Numbered from the stretch's first letter, positions 1 to 8,388 are shown. The stretch is 10,780 bases of DNA from Fibrobacterota bacterium (GCA_043753995.1 JAYUVP010000327.1:1-10780), one strand, 5' to 3'. Notes: generated from the letters alone by a model not told the origin. Numbers and translations are program-made.

Positions 1-889
<889 letters not shown>

Positions 890-901
890 CACTTAGGAAC
901 T

Positions 902-912
902 TGTTATATTCG
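902..912 (+). promoter_or_regulatory. Putative extended -10 element (TGtTATATTcg) for the lipoprotein cluster
   Basis: TG-n-TATATT at 902-910, about 16 nt before ATG 927. TATATTCG also resembles the Bacteroidota TAnnTTTG -7 element. Motif match only. Confidence 0.45.
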
Positions 913-926
913 CCCTCCTCTTACCG

Positions 927-2795
927 ATGCCTATCCAAGCCCCAAAACACAATCTATCGCCTGCCATCGCCATGGCCGCAGCCGGACTTTTGGTCCTCGG
1001 CGGCTGCCTTTCGGATGGCCCCAATCGAGTCGGAGTCGACTATCTCGCCGAACGCGGGATTGTGCTCCAAACTCCCATTCATGACTTCACTTTCGACAAT
1101 TTCCCCCTGTCGGACTTTCAAAGCTCGCTGCAAGAGCCCTCGCATTTGGGCGATACCGTGGCCATGCTCGGCTATTCGCAAGGCGTGACGGCCTCTTATC
1201 GCGCGGCTTTCAGCCTGGTTCGTACGGAAATGCTCGATAGTCTGGACTCCGGTCGAGCTTTGAGCTTTGCCCTTGGATTTCCGCGCTGGGGCGAAGTGAA
1301 TGGCAATCGCAATACGGCTTCCCAGAAGTATTTGGAAAGCCTTGTGGCCAACCGCGACAGCATGCGTTTTGTCATCACCTTTCTCGACATTCCGCTCGAC
1401 GACAAGAACGAGTACCAGAATCATGTCGTTCCCCACTTTCAACGCACCTTTCTCGAACGCGGCCTCTCTCTAGACTTGGTTAAGAATATGCCTAGTGTCG
1501 GCACGGTCACCTTGACCCAGGAAGACACGGTTTGGCTGAATGTCAGTGGAATTTATGGCAATGCAAAAGACACCCTCTGGAGCATTCCCCTGCCCCATTT
1601 GCTCAAGCGCCTAAAGGAAAAGCGCCATATCTATCGCTATATCATGATGCAAATTACGCCAGTAATACCTGACTCCCTGGCGGACAGTCTCACAACAATG
1701 CTGCGTCCCGCAGGCTCCCTTGTAGGCGCATTTCGCGGCCCCGGCTTGATTTTTGGCGACACCGCTTCGCCTTTCACTGCAAGCACGGAAAAACGAAGGT
1801 TGGAGCCGTATAGCATCAACGCTGTTGGGCCTGCCGTATCGTTTTTGCTCAGCGACACCCAGCCAGAAGACAGCACGCTCACCTTGGCCCCTAAGCGCAA
1901 CTTGAAATTTCAGGTGAATCGCCAAGCCCTGCTCGATAGCATCACGGGACGCTTGGGCAATCTCAGCTCCACCTCCTCCTCGGTTTTTGATTCCCGCTTT
2001 TTCGTGTCCTATGCCGACATCACCTTACCCTATGATCGCTCCCAGACCCATATCGACAATGGCTATGCCGTAGATATTCAGTCCACGTCGACCTTAGACT
2101 CCTTGGCTGGAAGCCGAGATTCGGGTTTTATCGCGCCTATCCTAGTGCAGGCTTCTCCAGCCGGCGAATTGACTCAGTGGCAAAACATTTGGGTGCTTGA
2201 TGAAAACGCTTCGGCCTATGGACGAAAGGACACCCTCAGCATCAGCTATAAAAAATCTGAGGACGACGGCTCCTATCGCTTCGCACGTTTGCGCCATTCG
2301 CTCGACACGACCAAGGACATTGACACCTTATTGCTCCAAGTGGGAAGCGCCCGCGAAACTTTCTTGGGTGGCGTTTCACGCATTACCCCCTGGGTGCGCG
2401 TCAAAGCTCTAGATGCTTCCTGCGAAGTCCATTTCGCCTTACGCAGCGCCACTGATAAAGAATCCAATACCTTCATCGACCCCACCACAAAAAAGCAATT
2501 CACCACCTCGGCTGGGGTTGCTGCCCGCTTTCTGAATCCCAAGAGCACCGAGGCCAGCTTCACCTTTCGCGCCACCGAAAGCCTGCAAAAAACATTAAAC
2601 CGCATTTCGGTAGGGAGCACTGGCAATGTCAGCACCGCCATCGGCGTGCAAATCGCGGGACGGCGTGGCCTCCAGCAAGACAGTGCCTTTGCCGCCACTT
2701 ATTTCCCAGTCCTGGGCAAGGTCCGCTTTCCGGTTCAGAATGGCCAAGTGCGGGCGAAAATTCGCATTCTTCTCTATCCCTTGCCTAATCCATGA
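927..2795 (+). CDS. Lipoprotein, 622 aa, DUF4270/BamH-like (tentative family)
   Basis: Long ORF. Signal peptide II with hydrophobic AIAMAAAGLLVLGG followed by Cys27. The post-Cys C-LSDGPNRVGVDYL, the early MLGY motif and the C-terminal strand RAKIRILLYP recall the termini of DUF4270 proteins. Rich in S/T and beta-strand-like segments. An alternative start at ATG 972 is possible. The CDS and lipoprotein calls are firm; the family call is tentative. Confidence 0.8.
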   Translation: MPIQAPKHNLSPAIAMAAAGLLVLGGCLSDGPNRVGVDYLAERGIVLQTPIHDFTFDNFPLSDFQSSLQEPSHLGDTVAMLGYSQGVTASYRAAFSLVRTEMLDSLDSGRALSFALGFPRWGEVNGNRNTASQKYLESLVANRDSMRFVITFLDIPLDDKNEYQNHVVPHFQRTFLERGLSLDLVKNMPSVGTVTLTQEDTVWLNVSGIYGNAKDTLWSIPLPHLLKRLKEKRHIYRYIMMQITPVIPDSLADSLTTMLRPAGSLVGAFRGPGLIFGDTASPFTASTEKRRLEPYSINAVGPAVSFLLSDTQPEDSTLTLAPKRNLKFQVNRQALLDSITGRLGNLSSTSSSVFDSRFFVSYADITLPYDRSQTHIDNGYAVDIQSTSTLDSLAGSRDSGFIAPILVQASPAGELTQWQNIWVLDENASAYGRKDTLSISYKKSEDDGSYRFARLRHSLDTTKDIDTLLLQVGSARETFLGGVSRITPWVRVKALDASCEVHFALRSATDKESNTFIDPTTKKQFTTSAGVAARFLNPKSTEASFTFRATESLQKTLNRISVGSTGNVSTAIGVQIAGRRGLQQDSAFAATYFPVLGKVRFPVQNGQVRAKIRILLYPLPNP

Positions 2796-3976
2796 ACGTG
2801 AAATCGCTATTGGCTTTAACCCTGGCGACGGCGGCTTGGGCTGATTTTTCGCCACTCGACATCAATACCCATGGCATAGGCACGGTGACCTTGCCTCTCG
2901 GCGCCCGCGAGCGGGCCATGGGCAATTCTGGTTTGGCCTCGACGCCACAGCCAGGTGTCTCACAGGGCAATCCCAGCCGCATCGCCTTTCAAGACAAGCA
3001 CAGTTTTTCCGGAACCGTCGAAACCTCGCTCGACTATTTGCACGACGATTATACCGGCAATCGCCGCACTGACGCTTTTCTTCCTGGCTTGACTCTGGCC
3101 TTCCCCACCCGAAAATACGGGGCTTTGGCAGCATGGTATTGGCAAACCTCCCATCGCAATTTCAGCTTCAGCGATGAATCCTCGAATCTGAATGCGGATG
3201 AGACGCAAAGAGCCGAAGGCGGACTTTTTGAGTTGGGAGCGTCCTATAGCTATGCAATTCTGCCGCAATTGGCGGTCGGACTTGATATTCGCAAAATTCT
3301 CGGCCAAGAGCGTTTTATTGGCTTGGGCAATTTCAATGAAGACAGTCAAGATCCCGTTTATGTGAATTCTCGTGGTGTCTCAGATACGGTACGCCGCAGC
3401 CTCGATGGACTTCGGGGCGGCTTTTCCGCTACTTTGCGGCAAAAGAAATGGAATTTGGCCCTGGCCATTCAATCTGGCACCACCTTGGATGTCACCACCT
3501 CGCGCCATATCACCGGAATTTTGACCGATGCACGTTCTTCAAGTGAGCTTTATTTGCCCTGGCAGGGACTGCTGGCTGCAGCCCTGAAGCCAAAGCTTGG
3601 ACATACTGTCACATTGGACGCCAATTATGCAGCTTGGGGCGAAGACCAAGGTGAGGGAGTAAATCCCGGTTTCGGCGTGGGAGCCGGCTATGAATATCAA
3701 GGCATGGCAAGCGGATATGACGCTTATTGGAAGAAATGCGCCGTTCGAGTCGGAGGGGGTTATGAAAGTCTTTATCTCGAAAATTCCTGGCAAGGGTTTG
3801 CGACGGTGGGTTTAGGGTTTCCTTTAGGTGCTCGTGGTCATGCCCTGGATATTTCATTACAAAGTGGACACCGGGAACTAGGTGGTAATAGCTTTCTAGT
3901 TGAAGATTATTTAAAACTGACAGTCACCGTCCAAGGCGTCGGTGTCTGGGGACAACCCCTCAGGCGCCGTCGGTAA
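2792..3976 (+). CDS. Outer-membrane beta-barrel of the FadL/PorV/BamG-like superfamily
   Basis: Sec signal MNVKSLLALTLATAAWA|DF. N-terminal plug motif SP..GIG...GARERAMG...NPSRIA. Many alternating amphipathic strands (LFELGASYSY, FGVGAGYEY, VRVGGGYE, FATVGLGFP, ALDISLQ, YLKLTVTV). Short basic tail WGQPLRRRR. ATGA 4-bp overlap with the upstream gene. Confidence 0.85.
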   Translation: MNVKSLLALTLATAAWADFSPLDINTHGIGTVTLPLGARERAMGNSGLASTPQPGVSQGNPSRIAFQDKHSFSGTVETSLDYLHDDYTGNRRTDAFLPGLTLAFPTRKYGALAAWYWQTSHRNFSFSDESSNLNADETQRAEGGLFELGASYSYAILPQLAVGLDIRKILGQERFIGLGNFNEDSQDPVYVNSRGVSDTVRRSLDGLRGGFSATLRQKKWNLALAIQSGTTLDVTTSRHITGILTDARSSSELYLPWQGLLAAALKPKLGHTVTLDANYAAWGEDQGEGVNPGFGVGAGYEYQGMASGYDAYWKKCAVRVGGGYESLYLENSWQGFATVGLGFPLGARGHALDISLQSGHRELGGNSFLVEDYLKLTVTVQGVGVWGQPLRRRR

Positions 3977-4005
3977 CAGACAAGGTACGGTGGCGGAGGA
4001 GGACT

Positions 4006-5250
4006 ATGGTACGCGCCACGAAGAAATCAGGCTCCACCTCCAAGCAAAAGAAGGCTCCCGCTTCGCGCGGAGCCAAGACCCCCGCTAAAGCGGCTCCACC
4101 GAAAAAACGAGTTACGACAAGCGCTAAAAGCGCTGCCGCCAAATCCTCGAAGCGTCCCGGCATAGCGGGCAAAGCCAAGCCGGTGGACAAGTCGAAAAAA
4201 TCCGCTAAAACCAATGCCAGCACGGCCGCGAAAAACAATAGCGCCATGGCAGCATCTAAGCCCCGCACCGCAGCGAAAAACACTAAGTCCGTCGGCAAAA
4301 ATTCGACTGCACCGAAAGCACCTACGAAAAAGGCATCACCTTCAAAAAAATCGCCTAAAGCCTCTGAAATCATTGACTTAGAAGTGGTGACCTTGGGAAA
4401 GAAGGGGCAAGCCCCCCGACGCGTTCTCCGGCCCAAACATTTTCCTGAAATCCCTACCCAGCAAAATTTTGGGCACAATGCCGGGACGCCTGAAATTCCT
4501 GAAAGCTATGGCCTCGATCGTCTGGTGATTCTGCCCAAGGATCCGGAATGGCTTTTCTCATATTGGGAATTGACGCCGCATCGCATGGAAAATGCCTGGA
4601 AAGAAAGGCTCTCGGAAAATCAATACCAGGAGGCCCTCAAATTAACTTGGCAGCCTCAAGGCTTATTCGAACCCAATTATGTCTTTCTTCCCGTCGAATT
4701 CACGGCCCGCAAATGGTATCTCGCCGTGCCTGGCGACACCTCGCGCTCCTATCGGCTGGAATTGGGTTGGCTCGGCGAAAACGGACATTTCGTCTCCCTG
4801 CTGCAATCCGAGCCTACAGCCATGCCTGAAAATTGGAACGTAACACGCGAGCGACTGATGGCCGAGGGGACAGTTTCGGCTTATACCGCCAAGCGTACCG
4901 TAAATTTGGGTTCCTCGGAGCGGGCCGTCTTGGAAGAAAGCCGTGGCTTTTTCCCCTTGGAAAACCTCAGCTCGTCCCTCTTCTCCTCCTCTTCCCTGGC
5001 CATGGCCCATGGTGGCCCTACCCTGCCCGCTCGAATCAAGGTTCCCGAAGTCCAGGCCAAGGTGGAAGTCAATGGCACCGTGCCCAAAGGCAGCGTGATA
5101 AGGCTCGGTGGTCAAGTCTTCAAGCCGGATACCCAAGGCCGCTTCAAGGCTTCGGTAAAAACCTCGGAGCCGACCCTTCATCTTGAAGTGATATCTCCCG
5201 AGGGCGACAAAAAGTTTTTCGCTTATGATTTGAGCACTCCCGCTACCTGA
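4006..5250 (+). CDS. DUF4912-domain protein with a Lys/Ala/Ser/Pro-rich histone-H1-like N-terminus, a Ser-rich linker and a small C-terminal beta domain
   Basis: Strong RBS GGAGGAGG. Motifs IPESYGLDRLVILPKDPEWLFSYWEL, RKWYLAVP and YRLELGW...F..L..S are typical of DUF4912. The position directly upstream of a GH57 gene is a usual context for this family. Confidence 0.85.
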   Translation: MVRATKKSGSTSKQKKAPASRGAKTPAKAAPPKKRVTTSAKSAAAKSSKRPGIAGKAKPVDKSKKSAKTNASTAAKNNSAMAASKPRTAAKNTKSVGKNSTAPKAPTKKASPSKKSPKASEIIDLEVVTLGKKGQAPRRVLRPKHFPEIPTQQNFGHNAGTPEIPESYGLDRLVILPKDPEWLFSYWELTPHRMENAWKERLSENQYQEALKLTWQPQGLFEPNYVFLPVEFTARKWYLAVPGDTSRSYRLELGWLGENGHFVSLLQSEPTAMPENWNVTRERLMAEGTVSAYTAKRTVNLGSSERAVLEESRGFFPLENLSSSLFSSSSLAMAHGGPTLPARIKVPEVQAKVEVNGTVPKGSVIRLGGQVFKPDTQGRFKASVKTSEPTLHLEVISPEGDKKFFAYDLSTPAT

Positions 5251-5293
5251 GACGGGAGACTTTCCAATTCATCCAGCAGGTTCCTTCCCAACC

Positions 5294-6865
5294 ATGGGCT
5301 ATCTCCAGTTTGTCCTTCACGCGCATTTGCCCTTTGTGCGCCATCCCGAACATCATCGCTTCTTAGAAGAAGAGTGGCTCTTCGAGGCCATCACCGAAAC
5401 GTACCTGCCCCTGCTTTGGGAGTTCGAATCCTTACGCAAGGACGGACTACCCTTCCGTATCACCATGAGCGTGACACCGCCCTTGTGCGAAATGCTCAAT
5501 GACGGCTTATTGCAGACCCGTTACCTGAATCACATCAATCGACTGCGCGAACTTTCCGAAAAGGAATGCTCGCGAGTGCGGCGCGACGCAGCCTTCGCAC
5601 CCTTGGCCGCCATGTACCGCAATCGCTTCGAGCGCTGCTACCGTCAATTCGAAGCCCTTGATCGCAATGTGCTCAATGGTTTTCGCAGCTTTCAAAAAAG
5701 TGGGCACCTCGAAATCATTACCTGTGGCGCCACTCACGGTTTTCTTCCCAACTTGCGCCAGTCACCACGCGCCGTAGAAGCTCAGCTCGAAGTGGCCGTG
5801 TCCAATTATGCCAAGCATTTCGGCGCGACACCGCAAGGCATTTGGCTCGGCGAATGTGGACATTATCCCGGTCTCGACAAGCCTCTCAAGGCTGCGGGGC
5901 TGCGCTATTTCTTCGTCGACACTCATGGCCTATTACAAGGCGATCCCACGCCTCCCAACGGCAACTATACCCCGGTGGAAACCCCGGCGGGCATGTTCGC
6001 CTTCGCGCGTGATCCTGAATCCAGCAAGGCAGTTTGGTCGGCAGAAGAGGGGTATCCCGGAGATTACCGTTACCGCGAATTCTATCGCGACATCGGCTTC
6101 GATCTCGACATGGGCTATGTGAGCCCTTATATACACCCCATGGGTTTGCGCATCAATACCGGGGTGAAATACTATCGCATTACTGGCAAGGGCATCCCCA
6201 AGGATCCCTATATCGAGGCTGCAGCGCAACAAGCCTGCGAAGAACATGCCGAGAACTTCTTATTCAATCGCGCCAAGCAAGTCGAATGGCTCGCCCCGCG
6301 AATGAAAACCCCTCCCGGAATATTGTGCCCCTATGATGCCGAGCTTTATGGCCATTGGTGGTATGAAGGCCCCATTTGGCTGGGCAAGGTCATGCGCAAA
6401 GCCCTGACACAAAATCACGGCGTCACTTTGCTGTCACCCCGCGATTGGCTCGATCGACATGCGGACGTAGCACCCAAAAGCCAACCTGCTTTCAGCAGTT
6501 GGGGCGCCGGCGGTTATTCCGAAGTTTGGCTCAATAGCAGCAATGACTGGATTTATCCGCATTTGCATCGCGTAGGCGACTTGATGCATCAGGTGGCCCA
6601 ATTGCCTGAGGGTGATGGACTCGATCGCCGTGCCCGCAATCAAATGGCACGTGAACTGTTATTGGCGCAAAGTTCTGATTGGGCCTTCATCATGAAAACC
6701 GGCACCATGGTCGACTATGCCGTGCGCCGTACCAAACTGCATATACGCAATGCCCTCGACCTGCATAAGCAAATTATATCGGGCGTCTTCGATGTGCTTT
6801 TCCTAGAAAACCTTGAAAGCACGAATTGCATTTTCCCCGAGATGGATTACCGCGTTTATCGTTGA
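5294..6865 (+). CDS. GH57 1,4-alpha-glucan branching enzyme (C-terminal DUF1957 domain)
   Basis: All GH57 branching-enzyme conserved regions are present: VLHAHLPFVRH, EAITETYLPL, EIITCGATHGFLP, GIWLGECGH (nucleophile Glu), PYDAELYGHWWYEG (acid/base Asp) and ELLLAQSSDWAF. Confidence 0.96.
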   Translation: MGYLQFVLHAHLPFVRHPEHHRFLEEEWLFEAITETYLPLLWEFESLRKDGLPFRITMSVTPPLCEMLNDGLLQTRYLNHINRLRELSEKECSRVRRDAAFAPLAAMYRNRFERCYRQFEALDRNVLNGFRSFQKSGHLEIITCGATHGFLPNLRQSPRAVEAQLEVAVSNYAKHFGATPQGIWLGECGHYPGLDKPLKAAGLRYFFVDTHGLLQGDPTPPNGNYTPVETPAGMFAFARDPESSKAVWSAEEGYPGDYRYREFYRDIGFDLDMGYVSPYIHPMGLRINTGVKYYRITGKGIPKDPYIEAAAQQACEEHAENFLFNRAKQVEWLAPRMKTPPGILCPYDAELYGHWWYEGPIWLGKVMRKALTQNHGVTLLSPRDWLDRHADVAPKSQPAFSSWGAGGYSEVWLNSSNDWIYPHLHRVGDLMHQVAQLPEGDGLDRRARNQMARELLLAQSSDWAFIMKTGTMVDYAVRRTKLHIRNALDLHKQIISGVFDVLFLENLESTNCIFPEMDYRVYR

Positions 6866-6867
6866 AG

Positions 6868-7061
6868 GGAGAAGTCTCTCCCTAGTTCGAGCCTCCTCGT
6901 CGTCGACGGGGTGGCTGATGTTCAGACCTGAAAATGGCTCGCGGGTCCTCGGCCTGGGTCTAACCCTGGAGTCAATGGCCTGCGGAGCGAGCCATTTTAA
7001 GGTCTTCACCGCCACCCCTCGTCATGCCCTGGATTCGCCGCGAAATCGGGAGGGCTTCTCT
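6868..7061 (+). ncRNA. Candidate structured RNA or MITE/ERIC-like element, about 190 nt (closing stem, central bubble, long terminal stem)
   Basis: GAGAAGTCTCTCCC 6869-6882 can pair with GGGAGGGCTTCTC 7048-7060 and enclose the 6905-7023 rod. G-U pairs favour the + strand. No recognised family motif and no evidence of expression. Confidence 0.3.
6905..7023. repeat. Long imperfect palindrome (rod-like hairpin, about 120 nt)
   Basis: Paired segments: GGGGTGGC 6908-6915 with GCCACCCC 7011-7018; AGACCT 6924-6929 with AGGTCT 7000-7005; AAAATGGCTCGC 6931-6942 with GCGAGCCATTTT 6987-6998; apical GGCC 6951-6954 with 6977-6980; and GGGT-cta-ACCC at 6956-6966. Confidence 0.85.
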
Positions 7062-7133
7062 GGCCTTTTCGCGACGGAAGTTTAGCGTGGGAGAAGCGCG
7101 ACTGCGGGGTCTCTCACTACCCTCTCTGATGGT

Positions 7134-7167
7134 GCGAAGTCGGGCAGATTTCTCTGCCCGACTTCGC
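7134..7167 (-). terminator. Perfect 15-bp stem-loop just after the xylanase stop; probable terminator or 3' stabilising hairpin
   Basis: GCGAAGTCGGGCAGA-(TTTC)-TCTGCCCGACTTCGC. The loop reads GAAA (GNRA) on the minus strand. It begins 9 nt after the stop codon. There is no U-tract, so it is not a canonical intrinsic terminator. Confidence 0.6.
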
Positions 7168-7176
7168 GAGGGAAGA

Positions 7177-8364
7177 TTAGCGCGAGAGAATGGCGCTGTT
7201 GGGCTTCGCGATGGGCGATTGATTGCGGCCGAGGATATCCAGCACGGCGCCGGAGCGGATGGAGAATACTGGCATACCCGAAGCGTTGCGGAGCAAATTA
7301 CCTGAGAACACGCGGCGTGCATTTTGCAAAGGGTGGGTGACGCGGGTGGCACCTTTTGCGATGAATTCCTTGCGCTTGGCGGTAATGGCGGGGTCGGCCT
7401 TGCCCAAGGCTTCGACCAGGGCCTCAATGTGAACCTTGGGTTGGTTGTTATTGTAGAGCAAGCAATCACAATTACTTCCTATCCAAGAACGAGAATCGTC
7501 CACGCCCCAGGTCACGAAGGAAACGCAATTAAAGTTTTCCAGGCAGGCATTCATCAAGTTGACCCAGTCCGCGGTGGTGCCGTTCTTGATATCGATTTCC
7601 GTCATGGATACACGCAATCCCAATTCACCCAGGCGCTTGATATTGGAAGAAATATCCTTGCCATTAAAGCCCTTGGACAAATGACATTGCAAGCCGATGC
7701 CGTCAATGGGGGCCTTGGCTTCCACCAAGCGCTTGGCAAGATTATAAATCGAATTGGATTTGGCATTCAGGCCTTCTGCGCCATAGTCGTTATAATAAAG
7801 ATGACCTGATTCACCGATGACACGATGGGCAAAGGCGAAGGCAGTGTCAGGCAAGTCATTGCCGAGGGCCGCTTGCCAGAAAGTGCTTCGCAAGCCATTG
7901 CCTGCGTCGGAAGTAATTTCGTTTAGAACATCCCATTCCAGAATCTTATCCTTGAAATGACCACCGACCGAATCGATGTGGGTCTTCATCACATTCAGAA
8001 TTTCGGCTTTTCCAGAAATGCTCGAAGCCCATCCCGACTGGGAATGCCAAATGAAAGTATGACCGCGCATTGCCATGCCATTTGCTTTGGCGAAATCAGA
8101 AACACCATCGCCGCCCCTGAAGCTGAACTTGCCGCGAGAACCCTCGGTGGGTTGAAATTTCATCTCGTTCTCGCAAACCACCATATTGAACTGCGCTTTG
8201 AGATTTGTGATATAGGTCGAGGTGCCGGTCAGCTGATTGCTGTTGGTGGCCGCACCGATATTCACCCCAGCGGCCTTACCGGCCTGAGCCATGGTCATTT
8301 GAGCCCAAGAGCTGTTGGCGAAAAGGGGAATAGCCAAAGTAGCGCAAATGAGTTGGCGGACCAT
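7177..8364 (-). CDS. Secreted GH10 endo-1,4-beta-xylanase with a short basic C-terminal sorting-like tail
   Basis: Signal peptide ending ..ANSSWA|Q and RBS GGAG. GH10 motifs: ENEMKF, RGHTFIWHSQ, WDVLNE (acid/base Glu), YYNDY, IDGIGLQCH, MTEIDI (nucleophile Glu) and TWGVDDSRSWI. Confidence 0.95.
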   Translation of the reverse strand: MVRQLICATLAIPLFANSSWAQMTMAQAGKAAGVNIGAATNSNQLTGTSTYITNLKAQFNMVVCENEMKFQPTEGSRGKFSFRGGDGVSDFAKANGMAMRGHTFIWHSQSGWASSISGKAEILNVMKTHIDSVGGHFKDKILEWDVLNEITSDAGNGLRSTFWQAALGNDLPDTAFAFAHRVIGESGHLYYNDYGAEGLNAKSNSIYNLAKRLVEAKAPIDGIGLQCHLSKGFNGKDISSNIKRLGELGLRVSMTEIDIKNGTTADWVNLMNACLENFNCVSFVTWGVDDSRSWIGSNCDCLLYNNNQPKVHIEALVEALGKADPAITAKRKEFIAKGATRVTHPLQNARRVFSGNLLRNASGMPVFSIRSGAVLDILGRNQSPIAKPNSAILSR

Positions 8365-8388
8365 AGTGACTCCAGGGATGAAAGCTTC

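Noticed and set aside
3960..4478. 172-aa hydrophobic minus-strand ORF that looks like a membrane protein
   Set aside because: It is the antisense mirror of Lys/Ala codons in the H1-like region (AAA reads as TTT/Phe). The + strand gene has a strong RBS.
5251..5293. Possible terminator between DUF4912 and GH57
   Set aside because: Only a weak 4-bp stem (GGGA-GACT-TTCC) with no U-tract; co-transcription is more likely.
6883..6905. TAGTTCGAGCC resembling a tRNA T-loop, and CTGGATTCG at 7029 resembling a tmRNA 5' end
   Set aside because: No T-stem, cloverleaf, acceptor stem/CCA or tag reading frame can be built.
6905..7023. Retron msd, CRISPR repeat or IS end as the explanation for the long hairpin
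   Set aside because: There is no reverse transcriptase, cas or transposase gene in the window and no repeat-spacer periodicity.
6803..7469. Small ORFs crossing the GH57-xylanase intergenic region (6803..7015, 6813..7085, 6972..7469, 7024..7305)
   Set aside because: They overlap real genes, have no recognisable motifs, and the region is better explained by secondary structure.
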